Part shown: one piece after another, positions 35,026 through 49,221 of the stretch
How the letters are laid out: each line of letters begins with the position of its first letter
Numbering within the stretch: the stretch's first letter is position 1
Assembly (NCBI RefSeq): GCF_964204645.1
Contig: NC_134026.1
Coordinates: 10,191,950-10,255,949, forward strand
DNA length: 64,000 nt
Source: Tubulanus polymorphus
Lineage: Eukaryota > Animalia > Nemertea
Direction: 5' to 3'
Notes under the pieces: generated by a model
The model's input: only the letters and a program-made list of their open reading frames with translations
The model's database searches: none
What the model was told of the DNA's origin: nothing
Position numbers and translations under genes: made by a program

Positions 35026-38000
35026 TAGAGCCCTGTAGAAAGGGATAGATTGCTCTTTATCTTGGAGCCGTTTTAGATATTTTTACACATGCAATACAGA
35101 ACCGGTTTTTACTACACATTTTTGGTTTACCTTTGTCAGCGATATGAAGTTGGCATTGAGCCAATTTCATGTAAAATCGCGGTACGTTTTTTTATGTGAG
35201 CATTTGTTTCATTGGTTCTCGGGTTAAACGACGTATAATCGATGCGCTTGAAGACATGACGAACCTCCGTCTATGTACATGATCAACTTTGTTAAAATTC
35301 TACGATAAACTGTTTTTGGCGGGAAAATTCTTAGCTCTCGCGTATAAAATTGCAATGACCTCGATTGGGGGCGTTGTCTCTACGAGCGAATGTGATTGGC
35401 TGTTTTTGGGATATACGGGGATTCCGGCGCTACTAAAATAATTATGGGAAAGCCGGAATGGCGAACGTTTCATTGGACTAGGTGCCGTATACATGCAAAT
35501 TTCAAATGCTCATTGCTGATGAGAATGTAATTATTATCCACCATAGGTAATGTTTCATTTTAATACCCGGAGATTGATTTGATTGACACTGAAGTACAAG
35601 CGAACATTCACTTACACAAGGCCTCCACGTGCGCGCGGAGTGCTATAGACTGTTGCATACACAAACACACGCTCGTACAGTATACACTACTATAGTGATA
35701 CTGTAAACGCTGCTTGCTGGCGCGTCTGACATTTCATCAACAGAAGATGAGCGCTATGTTTTCTGTTTGATATAATTTATAATAAATTGTAATTTCTTGT
35801 GACCTGAAAATATTAAGCAGAAAACTACAAGTATAGGTCGAGGTCTGAATATTGTAGTAGTAAATTCCAGGATTTAAAACGATCTAATACGCCAATTTTT
35901 TACTGCGCCGGTTTAGATTCCGCGGCCATACATTGCAAGAGGTTTCCAAGACTAAATATTCAGCCACCCTCTGATATGTGACACCATGTGAATTTTGTTT
36001 GAATATTTTTTCATATTTTGAAAAATATTTCTTTGAACATATAAAATAGTTTCCGTGCCGCGCCTACCTGTACCCTACGAAATGTATCTTTTTGGTCTTA
36101 TTTGACAACAAAATAATTCTTTGAGAAAGATGAAATACAACATAGAACTTTGAAGTCACGAATTAAAAAGATTTTTCAAGCAATGCCCTTACCCCAAACA
36201 ACCTCTAGCTTTCAAGGTAAACCACACTTTGCCCATGGGCAATTTATTCAGTAGTTATATCTGCACTTAACATTTACTTGATTATTCTATTGCAAACTTT
36301 ATTGGTTAGTCACTGGCGCAGATTTAATTTTGTAATCCATTTGAAAGAGTTATGTAGTAATGCCTCGATATACCGCCCTCCTATACACTGCCAGCCTGTT
36401 TATGACCAAAAATTTACAAGATACAGAATGCCTGTATCTCATGTATTAAAAGGATCCCAATTTACTATCCCTCTCCCGCTGCCAATGAATCCCCTTAGTA
36501 CATTCCTATACAAACACAAACCCGGTAGTTAATCTGTTCGATATACCAGTACCGCCTGTGAAAAAAGAATCAATTATCATATGCAATTAGTTATGACTGT
36601 TCCTCCATTTGTCAATACAATGACAGATTATTTGTTGTCAAAACTGTGCAAATGATGATTCTCAAGGGATTGAACAGCATGTAATGTATATACTGCACAG
36701 TGCTAACTATCAGGAATCCCACTCATGTTGTCAGCTAGTATGACGTTCTTAAGTCAAAGTTAGCATCTTAGATTTCAGTTTTAAAAGAGGTTCGATACTA
36801 AATGCTAAAGAATATAGAATCTTGTACTGACACCTGAATTGCTGGTATGGCTAACCCTGAAATTTCACCTTTTCAGCTGACAGCCAAAACCAATGTTAAT
36901 ACACTACAGAGTGATTGCCCAGTAATCTGCGAAGGGTCTTTCCAGATACCATTTTTGCAGCATTACATCATTGTCATCTACATCATTACATCTATTGGTC
37001 ATAAATAGAATACTTGGTATCGTTGACCATATACCACAGGACAGCAAACTTTTTTTCAATTCTCCCGGACAGCAAGTGGTTGTTCCTCTATTGCGATGGC
37101 GGTCACGCTCAGTACTTAACTCCGAAAAAAGGTTGTGGCAGTGATAATATATGAAGTACCATTTATACGTGATGGTGATATATTTAATTTATTTACTGAA
37201 ATCTTATTTATGTGATTCAATGATTTACTAAAAATTAACCTAGTAGACTGATAGGACATCTGGCTGAACCGGATACAGGTAAATAGTTACTATTAGCCTC
37301 TGACATGATGGTTCAGGAACCCGTTATTAATACTCCAGCCACCATACTCTCTTGCCGTCAAAATCATGTATCCCCGATGTTGGCGGTGTATCTGGATGAC
37401 AATAGTTGTATTTCAAAGGATGCAGTAACGAGACAAGGCCCAAACTCAGAGTCATTCAGCTTTTAAGTACATTTTGTCATCAAGTCCATCACAAGCATCC
37501 TGGAGTTTGGGGGCTTAGGATTGATTCTAGAGTTGAACTATTGAAAATAAGCCATATTCACTTCCAAGACGTTGGTTCAACAGGGATTGTCAACTAATTT
37601 GGTCCTCAGCCAAAAAATATTTATTTATTCTAAGAATTTATGAATACGTTGATGATCTGTGATTGGGCATTTTGATGATCTGGGAATAAACAAGTGCATG
37701 CATGTACTTGTATATTATCAGATAAATTTTGTACTGTAGCAATTTGTTATTTGTTATTGATAATTCAGTATTTACACCATCAAAATTTGATACTCTTGGA
37801 CAGGTTTCTGCCAATTATGTCTTATTCTAGCACATTTTGGAATTTGTGGGAACGAGAGATGTATGCATTATTTTCTAACCGCAATCAATTGCAAAGTTGT
37901 AGCTCATGACAAGTTCTGTGATTGTGATGAGTTTCGAGGTCATTGCTTTTTGTATATGGTCACCAGGGATATTATGGTAAATGGATCGAAGGTGGCCTAT

Positions 38001-38244
38001 TGGCGGCCATTTTGAATTCTCAAAATTTGGCTATCAAATGATATAATACTGGTATTCCATGTAGAGTATTCATTTTTGAAATGAGAATATGGAATTGAAT
38101 GGTGTATCATATGACCAAACTAGATCATCTTTTGGTCATCAACTGGATATGCGTTCCAGATAAAGCTTTCATGTCAATTGGCATGACCTATCACATGATC
38201 AAACTTAGTCATAATGTCATCCAAGATGGCCAACTGTGACTTAA

Positions 38245-38883
38245 AGGGGAACTGCAGTCAAAAATTATACTTGGCCATTCATTTCTACTCTTGTTGTTGT
38301 TTAGCATAATGTTAGTTAAAATTTCAAATTCTTCCTAATTAACTCGTATACGACGATTTTAATACTGTTATCAGCAGAATTTACGGCAGATGAGAGCCGC
38401 CATGTTTAAATTCCAAAGTGAGGCAAGTAAACATTGATGACGTATCCCGGCCCATCACACACTCCACACTTGTGTGTGTACACAAATAGATACACTCATT
38501 GAAGATCTCAGTTGAAAATTGCGATTAAAATACTCCTGCTGGGCTGCCAGTGGGGTCTACTTTTATTTATCCACTCACTGTCTGAAAAATATCCAAATAT
38601 TTGCTGATGTGGCATTATGCTGCAGTTTAGAACTGTTATTGGACTTCAAGTGATGAAAACACTATGAATAGCAGCAGTAACACGTATCGCAGTGGGCCAA
38701 ACTACGTCACATCCGAGAGAAAAGCATCTGCTACGGGGAGAAAATGGCGGCGGCCAGGCACTCTACAAAACCCTCTTTTTTGGATAAAGTATTTGATGAA
38801 ATGTTTTTCTGCTGTTTTGAAAATGTATTTATAAAGGTTCCTAATACATACAGATACAAAAAGATTTTCGCTGCAGTTCCCCT
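38245..38883. mobile_element. Kolobok-type MITE (TTAA target)
   Basis: ttaa|aggggaactgcag ... ctgcagttcccct|ttaa: perfect 13-bp TIR and TTAA TSD. Confidence 0.85.
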
Positions 38884-39226
38884 TTAACTTAGCACCTGCC
38901 AAGGCTGGCTTAGATGCATTCGTATCTTGTTGTCTATGGTCACCACGGGACGTTGAATAGTGGAATAAATTAGTATTTTCTAATTATATTGATACCTAGG
39001 CATTTTTCTAAAATTCTATTTCCCCGAGTGGGTGGTATATGCGAGAGTTGACTGTTTTTAATTTATCTGATTGTGATAGTTGAAAAATCGTATATAATTC
39101 TTCAAAAAATAGTTGCTCGTCTTTTATTCAATTTTTCGAGTATATTTTATATCTGCACTTGAGGAGTGGGCTACAAATAAAGATTATTTCTTGAGAAGAA
39201 AATTGCATTGGAGATATATGAATGTA

Positions 39227-39851
39227 CAGTAGACTCCTCTCAACTCGAATCCTATTAAGTCGAAAAACCGTTTAACTCAGCATATGTTGAAATTTTTTTG
39301 TCTCTGTTAAACCATACATTCAAATTCACTTTACTCGAAATTGCTCAACTCGAATATTTGTTCAACTCGACCCCCAGCAGCAAAAACAATTATCGATTAA
39401 AAACATGCATGGGTTTATTGTTATATTTAGTAGGTTACCGTAGAACGATCCACGCTACAATTAAGAAGATACATCACTCACAAAGACATTCACTCATCCA
39501 GTACGTGCATAAACACACAAACTCCAGCACGTTAATTGATTTCTACTTTTTCGCACCAAAATAATACATGGTACATGTAATTCGAGTCGCCGTTTAAGAT
39601 CGTTCATTTTTCATCACACCAAGTAAATTTTTGGAGGTAAAAAATGAGACAAAATACGCTTTATCTCAACGGAATTGTTTTAAAATTTAGCAGATCTAAC
39701 AAACAAACAAACAAACCATCTAGGATACTGAATCGTTCATTGAGGTTTAATTTCTTAATAATTTTTGACCAACTTCGTAAAAATCCCAACTCGAATTCCG
39801 CTTAACTCGATTTTTTTCCGGTCCCAATGATTTAGTTGAGCGAGTCCACTG
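39227..39851. mobile_element. Tc1/pogo (Tigger-like) MITE
   Basis: ta|cagtagactcctctcaactc ... ttagttgagcgagtccactg; internal aactcga repeats. Confidence 0.7.
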
Positions 39852-41326
39852 CAATGTTCAAAACATATCTGAATTACTGCAAAACTTTCAGTAAGGGATC
39901 ATTCAATTAGTACGTACAAGAGGGATGGAGGGGAGTCAGTGAAAATGCATGCAATTGTGTATGGCAGAAGGTTGTTTAAACGTGCTTAGTACGTACACAC
40001 CATTTGATGTCTTTTTTGAAACAGCATTGAATAACAATACTGTTTGATAATGTGCTTTAACTCAATAAAAACACTTGTTCTATGGTTCATCATGATGGCC
40101 GCATCAGGCCAATTTAGAAAATTGCAATAAGAATTCTGATCCCATCCCATTCAACTCCTATTGCATATTTCACTTGTTTCAATAAATACAAAAGTAGTTA
40201 CCATTAATACGTACTAATTGAACAATCCCTAACAAGGAAGTCACGTCCAGTAAAAATATAGTTCACTGCAACACATACACAATGAAACAAAAAGAAATTC
40301 ATTCCATACAATTCTTGTTTTACTGCTGTTGAACTGTAGATTGATATTATCTCTTTTACATTTAGTCCTCGGTTAATTGGGTCCACTCAGTCGAGATCAA
40401 TATCTTAATACACCCAACTGTTACATAGGTAGGGGTATATTGGAATAGGGTGTCCTGTCTGTCCATGTAGAGAATTCTATCAGAATTCCTTGGTTTTTGT
40501 TAGATGTATTATTATAATATAATTTGAAAGTTCAAAAGGCGGCTTTGGCATGAACAATCCTGTCAAATCTAGCTGCAGTTGGAATGTTTATGGAGGCCTT
40601 GAACTGCCTTAGTCTGTATAAATTGGGACCACACAAATATTTGCTAAGAGTTAATTGAGAATCAGGGAAATTGGAAAACATTTGAAAAACAAAGTGTCTA
40701 CAGTGCCAGTACCGTTATTAAAATCCTTATCATCCACAGATTTGAGCAGTCTCCAACCAGTACATAGGCATATACTATACTATCCAGGGTTATATAACAC
40801 TAAATTGCACAATGAATGTCAACAATTTGTTTTTATTCCACATCTCTTACATTTTAACAAATATATTACATGTAGCACAACATTCACAACATTTTTCATT
40901 CAATTCATTAAGATATCCTCTGCATATCTTGGCCCTTAAAGAGAAACCCCTTGCAAAAATTATGGGGACACCAATTTGGTAATATGGTACATGTATTGAC
41001 AAATAAACTCCCTAAGAATCCAGAAGACTTCATGGGATATTTTGAGAACAGCTAATAAATATTATCCGACGGGTAATATTTCTTGGGTGGGATTGTATGT
41101 TACCAGTATCTTTCAAGACCAACAAAGTGTATCGTTCATTGGTCAATTCTTAGCGGCACTGCTATGCTAGATGTATTGAGAATCAACTTTCCGTACCTCA
41201 TTGGAAAACCATAGAGAATAATATTCAAATTTATTGCAAGATTTCCCTACCATACCAGAACATAAAATGCTGCTCATGAATCTTATCTACCGTATATTTG
41301 ATTAAACACGCTTGGAGCACTTCTCA

Positions 41327-41600
41327 TTAAACACCGAGACTAATTCTGTAAGACTTCCAATGGCGAACACCGGCAGCTGTATGTAGACACAGCCATCGAG
41401 AGATTTCCGATTGATGCCACCATTCAACACTCAGAATTTGAAGGATTATAAGACTGAAGACTTGACAGAGCTGCATGTCTTCCACTGAACAGTTTACAGA
41501 TATATGTGCGGGCAGAGCGAGCCTTGAGAAGCAACAACATACATGTATTTGAATGGGCTGAGCTACGGGTAACCAGTGAAGCATCCAAAAACTGCTTGGT
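41327..41600 (-). mobile_element. Degenerate L2-type LINE 3' fragment
   Basis: LHWLPVAQ motif; polyA-signal-like end nearby. Confidence 0.45.
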
Positions 41601-41663
41601 CAACTCTGGTTGAAAATCCTAATATAACTTATCATAATTGTAGCTATATGTCAATACAATGTA

Positions 41664-41996
41664 AGCTACGTCTAGGCTAGCATTTTGAACCGGGTTTATT
41701 TGTCTTACCACTACGCTCAAAACACTGGTTCAATGCGGAGTTTTCCACAAAACCCGTGTTTAAGAAACCCTTCTTGAAAAAGAAGGGTTCACTGCATGAA
41801 CCCGCAACTCCGCATTTTTGCTAGTGTAGACAGTGAACCCGTGTCTAATGCAGAGTTCAGGCACCACAATTGACCTTGAACTTGCACTACAGATGTTGAT
41901 TCTTATTAATGAAACCGCGCTTAGTGTTGACGTTACTCACCGCGAACGCTGGTTTTTGTTGAAACCTGGGTAAAACGCGCTAGTGTAGACGTGGTT
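41664..41996. mobile_element. PIF/Harbinger-like MITE
   Basis: taagctacgtctaggctagc ... gctagtgtagacgtggtta imperfect TIRs with TAA/TTA flanks. Confidence 0.55.
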
Positions 41997-42020
41997 ATAT
42001 AGATACATAGATTTATTCTA

Positions 42021-44262
42021 TAGTGGAACCTCGTCATAATGATCTGAGTCGCGAGGTCAATCGGAGCTTAACAGCCTTCTCGACGTTTTGTATATTTACA
42101 CATAATACTGGTAAACAATATGATATAATCACAGGCAAACATTTGAGGTACTGTCTGAAACGGGCCCCGGCCGCGGCCACACATTTGAAATACAGCCCCA
42201 GCCACGTAAGTCACATGGCCACAACCAGCGGTTGCGCCACTCTTCATTTTTTATTGAAATAGATAGTTTCTTACTATCCTATCGAAAATTCAAAAACATA
42301 ATTCCAACTTTGAATGATAAAAAAAGATTTCAATTGAACGCTTCGCTTAGTATTTCTATGAAAAGGGTGATGTGTCGGTATTCCGACACGCTTCACGGGT
42401 AATCGGTTTTCGCACCTTTTTCAGTGGGCGTTTACTGTACGTTTTGTGATTCAGTCTTACCTCTCTTGTCAAACTGCACGCACGCACGCTGTGAGCAGTA
42501 AATTATGCTGTACATAGAGTAAATAAAGTTCTGTTATTAAACACCAGCCTAACTCGTCTATATTCTGAGGACTAAGGAGACAGGTGACTTCAGTGGGAAG
42601 GCTGGACCCCGAGACCACCCCTAAATACGCAACTGGAAAAATATTTATGGATAGGTTTAGATGACCACCTAAATCGTATATCCTGTAGTAAACAAAAAAG
42701 AAATTACAAGGGCGGAAAAAAAATTATTCATTAATATGGGATCCTTTAAGGTAGGGCCGATCGCGACGATTAAATTCACCAGCAAATTCGCCGATGAATT
42801 TATACGCCTGATGCGACTGGTACTTAGTGGGAGGGAGTTAACGAATCACATGATATCAACAACGCATCCTATTGGTTGATAAAAATGGATCGCTCGGCGA
42901 AATTCATCGAGTGTGGGCAGACGAGCGAATTTGCGGGCGATCCGACCGAAAATATTAAACATGTTTGATACGAGCGAGTCGGCCGACGAAATCGTTGTCG
43001 CCGTGAATGGTCATACGAGCGAATTATTCGGGCGCTTTGTAAATTCGCTGCAAAAAAATATGCTTGTGTGCCCCTACCTTTAGATATAACAATGAACTTT
43101 AGATCCATGATAAGCAGATCGCATTCGCAAACATGGGCATGAAACTTGTATGGAATTCCATGCCACTTATTTCTTCTCTGATTATTCAACACATTGAAGT
43201 CATTTTATGAACACAGACATGCATGGATATCCCTTCGTTTTAAATGACATTCAGATGTAACAAAGTTTCTACGGTATATACGTATACAGTATTTTGGTTG
43301 TAACGTATAAATTATCTGGTCCCGACTGCTATGTTACATCTGAGGTAGACTGTACCAGCAAAATATATCCGACTTAGAAAAATTCAAACTTAAGAGTAGG
43401 CTGGATTTAGGGTCCGACTAAAGCAGGTTGGATTCTGGAAACTCCGACTTAGAGAAGGTCCAATATAGGGAATTCCATTTTCTAAGAAATTAAACCAACT
43501 TTGCATAATAGATGGCTCATAGCTCTCTAGATAGCTGTGGGCCTACCTACCTATCAGAGAAAAACTAACAAACCAGGCAACAACTTCTTGACACTATCGA
43601 ACCTTTGACAAATTTCAAACTTGTCCCCATAAGTCAAGAGTTATTTTTGTGGACTCAGGGAGACCATTTTGCAACTGGCTTTTTCCTTAATTGTCACACA
43701 ATTCATATATCATTTTGGTAGCTTTAACCTGATAATTGAGTTCAAAAACTAAAATGCAGTTACAAATCTTGCTTCTTTTCATCTGCTAGTTTTAAATTGT
43801 TTTATGTCATTCTCTCTCATGATCTGTTGAAATTATGAAACTATGTTTGTTTAGTTTAAAATTCCTATAATCAATCATTTGAAGACATCATTCAAGAACT
43901 CTCGCTCTAAAAAAAGACAGCTCCATTAAAAATTGACAATGACCAAAATTGAGTCCATTTTAATACATTTTTTTCTTTTATAACAATATATCAACAAAGT
44001 AGCCAACTAAAGGATGCAATTTCCTTCATTTTAGACATTTGGGAATAGAATAGACTTAGGCGAGTATCCAATTAATAAAATCAGGCTTAGAGAGATTTTT
44101 TAGGAAAATGAGAAAATAGTAGTAAAATTCAGGACCATAAATTTCTTCTGACCAGTCCAATTTTCCGACTTACCAAGATCCAACTAACACAAGTTTTACT
44201 GTAATGAACTATTGGTAACCAATATAACAACTAGATCAAGTTCGTTATAATGAGGTTCTACA
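42021..44262. mobile_element. Tigger-like TIR pair enclosing further nested MITE fragments
   Basis: tagtggaacctcgtcataatga ... tcgttataatgaggttctaca. Internal aggtaggg/ccctacct pair at about 42749-43080 and tccgactt-rich repeats at 43360-44200. Confidence 0.4.
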
Positions 44263-44366
44263 GACTAGTACCTCAAAAGTAAGCGCATACCAGAAATACT
44301 GGTAGAAACGGATATCTGTTTGTGATCGTGCAGAAAATCAGGAATCATTACCAGAGAAGATCATAA

Positions 44367-45058
44367 TGTGACCGAGTCAATAAAGATAAGACAGTTCCCA
44401 GGGTTTATTTCGCTCTGTTTCTACTTTTGAGTTTGCCCCAGTAAACTCGGAGCATCTACTGATGTAGTCACGTGTATGATTTAGTGGAAGGAAGCCCGTA
44501 TTTTTATACAATAGTTATATCCCCCTCTAGCCGGAATTAAGCTTATTTCCCGTGCTTCTGAAACTTTCCACGTCATCACGTCGTGTCATTTCATGGCAGA
44601 CGTGTGGGACTGTGTTCCCCTCCCTAATTTCGTTTCTGGGACTATTTCCTCTCCTTCTGGTGAGTAAAATTGTAGTTTACTATTTAATATTGTATCCGTT
44701 TAGATTCTAGGGGTAATGGGTAATTTGATTTACTTTAGCCCCTGGTCTCCCCTTCCACTGGTCATACCGTGACATTAATTTAAATCTATTTTTATTTCAG
44801 GGTTTTTGTTCCTGTGATTTTACCTAACCTACGTTTTATCACCTACGTTTTATCACCTACGTTTTATCAAGGGGATAAGCGAGTTTTTAAAAGTAGCTCA
44901 TCGGCGTATACGCAAATTATATCTTTTTGCGACACGGAATTCTTTTTGTATACTAGAGGAGAAATAAACAGGAGATGGTGATACTGGATATTTATAGCGT
45001 TTTTCTTAGTCAGTTGGGCATCCAGCGATTCGAACCGACCACTCTGGTCTCGGTCACA
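44367..45058 (+). repeat. Gypsy 5' LTR (692 bp)
   Basis: tgtgaccga...tcggtcaca; direct repeat of 49222-49882. Confidence 0.93.
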
Positions 45059-45060
45059 AT

Positions 45061-45078
45061 TGGCGTTGTCGACAGGAT
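45061..45078 (+). promoter_or_regulatory. Primer binding site, tRNA-Ser type
   Basis: TGGCGTTGTCGACAGGAT, 2 nt after the LTR; matches 16 of 18 positions of the complement of the recalled tRNA-Ser 3' end (TGGCGTAGTCGGCAGGAT). Confidence 0.75.
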
Positions 45079-46404
45079 GCTCAATTTCAGACATTTATCC
45101 TTGTAATCCGAACACCGTTGCAATTACGTTTATTACCCTGCGATTAAGTCATATGGAGATTTCAACTTCAAGCGTTTGGATTAAGCTAAAAGATTCGGAC
45201 TTATCAACGGATTCAAATTATTCGATTGACACCTGCTGCGTTAACTTGGACAAAAATCGAAAAAACAAGTGACGCGAGAATTTATATTCGGGTATCGGGT
45301 ACTAGTCAGCTAAACAGCGTCAATTATTTATTATTTCGCGCGATCCCAAGGAGTATTCGAGAAAGTTTTGAGTCATCAAATTCGGTGGACTACAGAAAAT
45401 CAACAGAAAAGTTTGGACCGAAGAATTAGACCTGTGTTAAGTAACTAGATGCTGTGTGAAGATCATGTTTCAATAACTTTAAAAAAAAAACTATCTGTGT
45501 TATCTTAAAAAAAGAAAAAATTTTATAATATAGCCTGCCCAAACCAGGTTAGGTCAAGTAGGATAAGGCATTCAAGAGCTACGGTAGTATCAGTACAACT
45601 TTGCATGGGTAATCGGGTCAATGTGAACATTTTTATTTCAGCACTGTAGGTTAACGATTAAACCAAGTCGGAGAGGGCCTACAGGAGGTCAGCTTACTAA
45701 TAAAACTGTCTGAACTACATTGAGCGCTGCATAGGGCATATGTTTTCAGTTTGGTTCTGTAGATCTGGAACCGTTAAGTTTTAAATGTCTTTGAAAAAAG
45801 ATTTAAGAAAAAAATCTTTTAGGATAAAGGGTCAGGCACAACGCTCTCTTGAAGACACCGGGGAGTGTGGCACCCTTTATTATAGGTGTCTATTTTGTAG
45901 TGAAATTAGCACTCGGTGTGGAAGTAAGGGCAGCTCCCTTTCTTTTCATTACAGCTGACGAACTTAACTTGACCCGGAGGGAGCAAGTGTAAGGGTAATT
46001 TCTGTCCTGCCTCTATAAATCATTTTTTCGAAAGAAAAAAGTTGTAGCACTCTCATCCCAGTCATTACTCTGCGTAGCTACTGGCAATATTAATTCCTGC
46101 GTACTACGTTAGTTAATTAATTAATTAAGTGCTAGGTGATCGAGGAGGGCTAGCCCGGAAGAAAATTTTAAATAGTAACAGTAATAGTAACTACTTAGTT
46201 ATTGATTATCTGGTAAATATCTAACCACTTGATCGTGCTTTGTGAAGTTTTGCTACCTAGTAATAATTTTTTTCTTAGGTCCTATATTTGATCTGGGACT
46301 GTTTTCGTGGGTGTGTCTCATCACTTTATCCATTTAATCTGATTTTGCATGTGGTATTTTCCCTGTTTCGGCCTACCCATTTCACTGCTCATACGCAGTT
46401 AACC

Positions 46405-48895
46405 ATGTCAACCGTAGATGAACTAAAAGGGCTGCTGGAAAAGTTGCAGCAGGAACATGCTAAAACTCTCAAGGAACTTGAAACCTCAAAGGAAACAAAT
46501 AATACAGTAGTGGTGCCACCAAGGGAGAAACTCGGAAAGTATGCCGGTCTCACTCAAGAAACAGAGACCTGGATTGAGAAAGCGCGAGGCATCCTGAAAA
46601 CAAGGAAAATAAAGAAACACGACGAAGTTGATTTCCTGCGAACCTACCTCGATGGAGCCGCTAGGGAAGAACTCCGGTTTCGGACTGGCATTAAAACCGC
46701 AGAAGATGTTTTCAAAGCTTTCCAAGATGTTTTTGGCGATCAGCTCAGCATAACTGTTTTAAAACGTAATTTTTTCGATAGGAGGCAGAAGGAATCAGAG
46801 AGCATACGCACTTACGCACATGCCCTCATGGAGCTAGTTAGCAAAATTTATTCGCGAGACCAAACAACCAATCAAGATGAAATGTTGAAGCATCAGTTTG
46901 CAGAGAATATGGTGGATGCAAACCTACGCTGTGAATTAAAGAAAATTCTAAGGCTCAACCCTGCAACCAAATCTATTGACCTAAGGGAAGAGGCGTTCAA
47001 TTTAGTAGAGACTGACGACCGAACCAAGAAAACTGCTGGTGTGCACCAGATGGAGACTGAAGAGCTTTGGGCCGCAGCCATTTCTGCCAACAAACCAGTG
47101 AACCCTACACTGACAGCAAGTTAGATGCACTGGCAGCAAACCTGAATGCCCAACAGAAAGCATTAGAAGATTTAACTGCAGCCATGAAGTCTCTGATACA
47201 GCAACCAAACCCATTTCAGCGCAATCGGAACACATTGGAATGCTTTCATTGTCGCCAGAAAGGGCATATAAAGCGAAACTGCCCCCAACTGGGAAACGCA
47301 TACCCTCTGCCGCCCTCGGGGAAATCAACGGTAGAGGGTAATTCTCCCGAGGTGTCCAAAGATAAAGAAGAACGTTCAGGCATTTTGTCGCGTATGACGG
47401 GGCAGCGTCCTACCATGCCAGTTGAAATTGAAGGCGAGTGGTTCAGCTGCTTGGTGGACACTGGTTCCATGGCGTCAACTATCACCGAGTCTCAGTTTAA
47501 GAAGATTTGGCCACGCGGAATCCCTCTTACCGACAGAGCAAATCTCGTCAAGTTGAGAGCCGCTAATGGCCTGGAGATACCCTATGTAGGATATTTGGAG
47601 ACAGATGTGGTAGTACGCGACACACTGTTAAAAAACAAAGGATTTCTTGTAGTCAGGGATCCAACCTCGGTACAGGGCAAGAAAGATAAACAGGAAGTAC
47701 CTGGTATCCTTGGTATGAACACCCTTCGGGACTGGAAAGGGTTATATGCGACCGGTAGTTTGTTAGAACCAGGTAGACCATTGTTTCCACGGGTCGCTCG
47801 AGAGTCAAGAACTTGGATACCAGCGGGATCTACATGTTCCATCACAGTGGTTGGCCATCAGCCAAGGGGGACACGCAGATGCGATGTTCTATTCGAGCCC
47901 AGTAACGTTGATATTTCGAATTACCTCCTGAGAGGAATCATACCGAGTCGGTGCTTTACTGCTACGGAAGATGGAAAGGCTAGAGTTTGGGTAAACAACA
48001 TCAGTACTGAGGGAATTAGTTTGGACACCGGTATGAGAATGGGTATTGTGACGAGAGCAGAACCAGTCTTCCACAGTGTTATCTGTGAAGCAGTGTCGGC
48101 CGATCAAGGAGTATTCAAACCAGCTGATGACTATCAACCTCAAAAAAAGGGCATACCCGCTAACTCTGAACAGCCAATTGAGCTAGATCTGGGTGACTTC
48201 AATGGTACGGACGAACAACGCTTACTGTTAGTAGAATTATTACGGTAACACCGTGATGTCTTTGCCAAGGACGACCTAGATTTGGGAAGTACTCATGTGG
48301 TCAAACACCACGTAAAACTGACTATATATCGGTAACACAGAGATTTCGCAGAATAAACCCAAATCAATTCAGGGAAGCAAGAGAGCATATCTACCTGCTA
48401 CTGGAGCGCAAAATTTTGAGGCCCAGCGATAGTCCCTATGCATCTCCGATTGTTCTTGTAAAGGAAGAAAGATGGTTCCCTCTGCTTATGCTGCGATTAT
48501 AGAGCTCTAAATGCCAAAACACACCGAGACCATTTTCCCCTTACCCGCATTGAAGAGACTTTGGATTCAATGTATGGCGCCAAATATTTCAGTACTTTGG
48601 ACTTAGCCGCCGGATATCTGCAAGTTGAGGTAGCAGAAGAGGACAAACATCTCACAGCGTAACAACACCATTTGGTTTGTTCGAATATAACCGTATGCCT
48701 TTTGGGATGACCAACAGCCCAGCAACCTTTCAGCGTCTGTTGACACGCATATTTTGTGAAGACATTAACGAAGCGCTGCTCATTTTCTTGGATGACATAA
48801 TAATTTTCACCAAAACTTTCGAAGATCAGATAGCCAGCCTAGACAAAGTTTTTACCAAACTACGCAACAGTGGACTCAAATTGAAGATCTCTAAA
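46405..48895 (+). pseudogene. Gypsy gag-pol (Gag, zinc knuckle, protease, RT), frameshifted and truncated
   Basis: ORFs 46288-47124, 47067-48248 and 48677-48973, with stops and frameshifts between them. Confidence 0.9.
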
Positions 48896-49221
48896 TACCT
48901 TGGTTACTTGTGGTCCACTAGGGGGGATCATAGGGGAATTAGATCTCGGGAGGTAGAAGCCAATTTGGGTTGATTTTGTTTTATGAATCTCATTCAATAA
49001 ACTTCATGTTGTACCGAAGTTTTTTTTATGTTTTTGTCCTTTAGCCAATATGGTCACGTAGAGTCATGATGGTGGTGGTGTGCTACTATTAAGAAAAAAA
49101 CTTCCAGTATCCATTCTTTTTTTTTTCACTTTGATTTTGTTTGGGGAATTTGACTAGTCGGTCAATTAGGGTCATTGATATGCCGGTGATAGCCGGCACG
49201 GCTATTTCAAAGTGGGGCATG

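Noticed and set aside
35100-44300. Short ORFs between ABCB and the Gypsy element
   Set aside because: No recognisable domains or consistent exon chain; the region is mostly MITEs and AT-rich DNA. Small exons could have been missed by eye.
47067-47124. Overlap of two gag ORFs as a programmed frameshift
   Set aside because: It lies before the zinc knuckle and has no slippery heptamer; most likely a decay indel.
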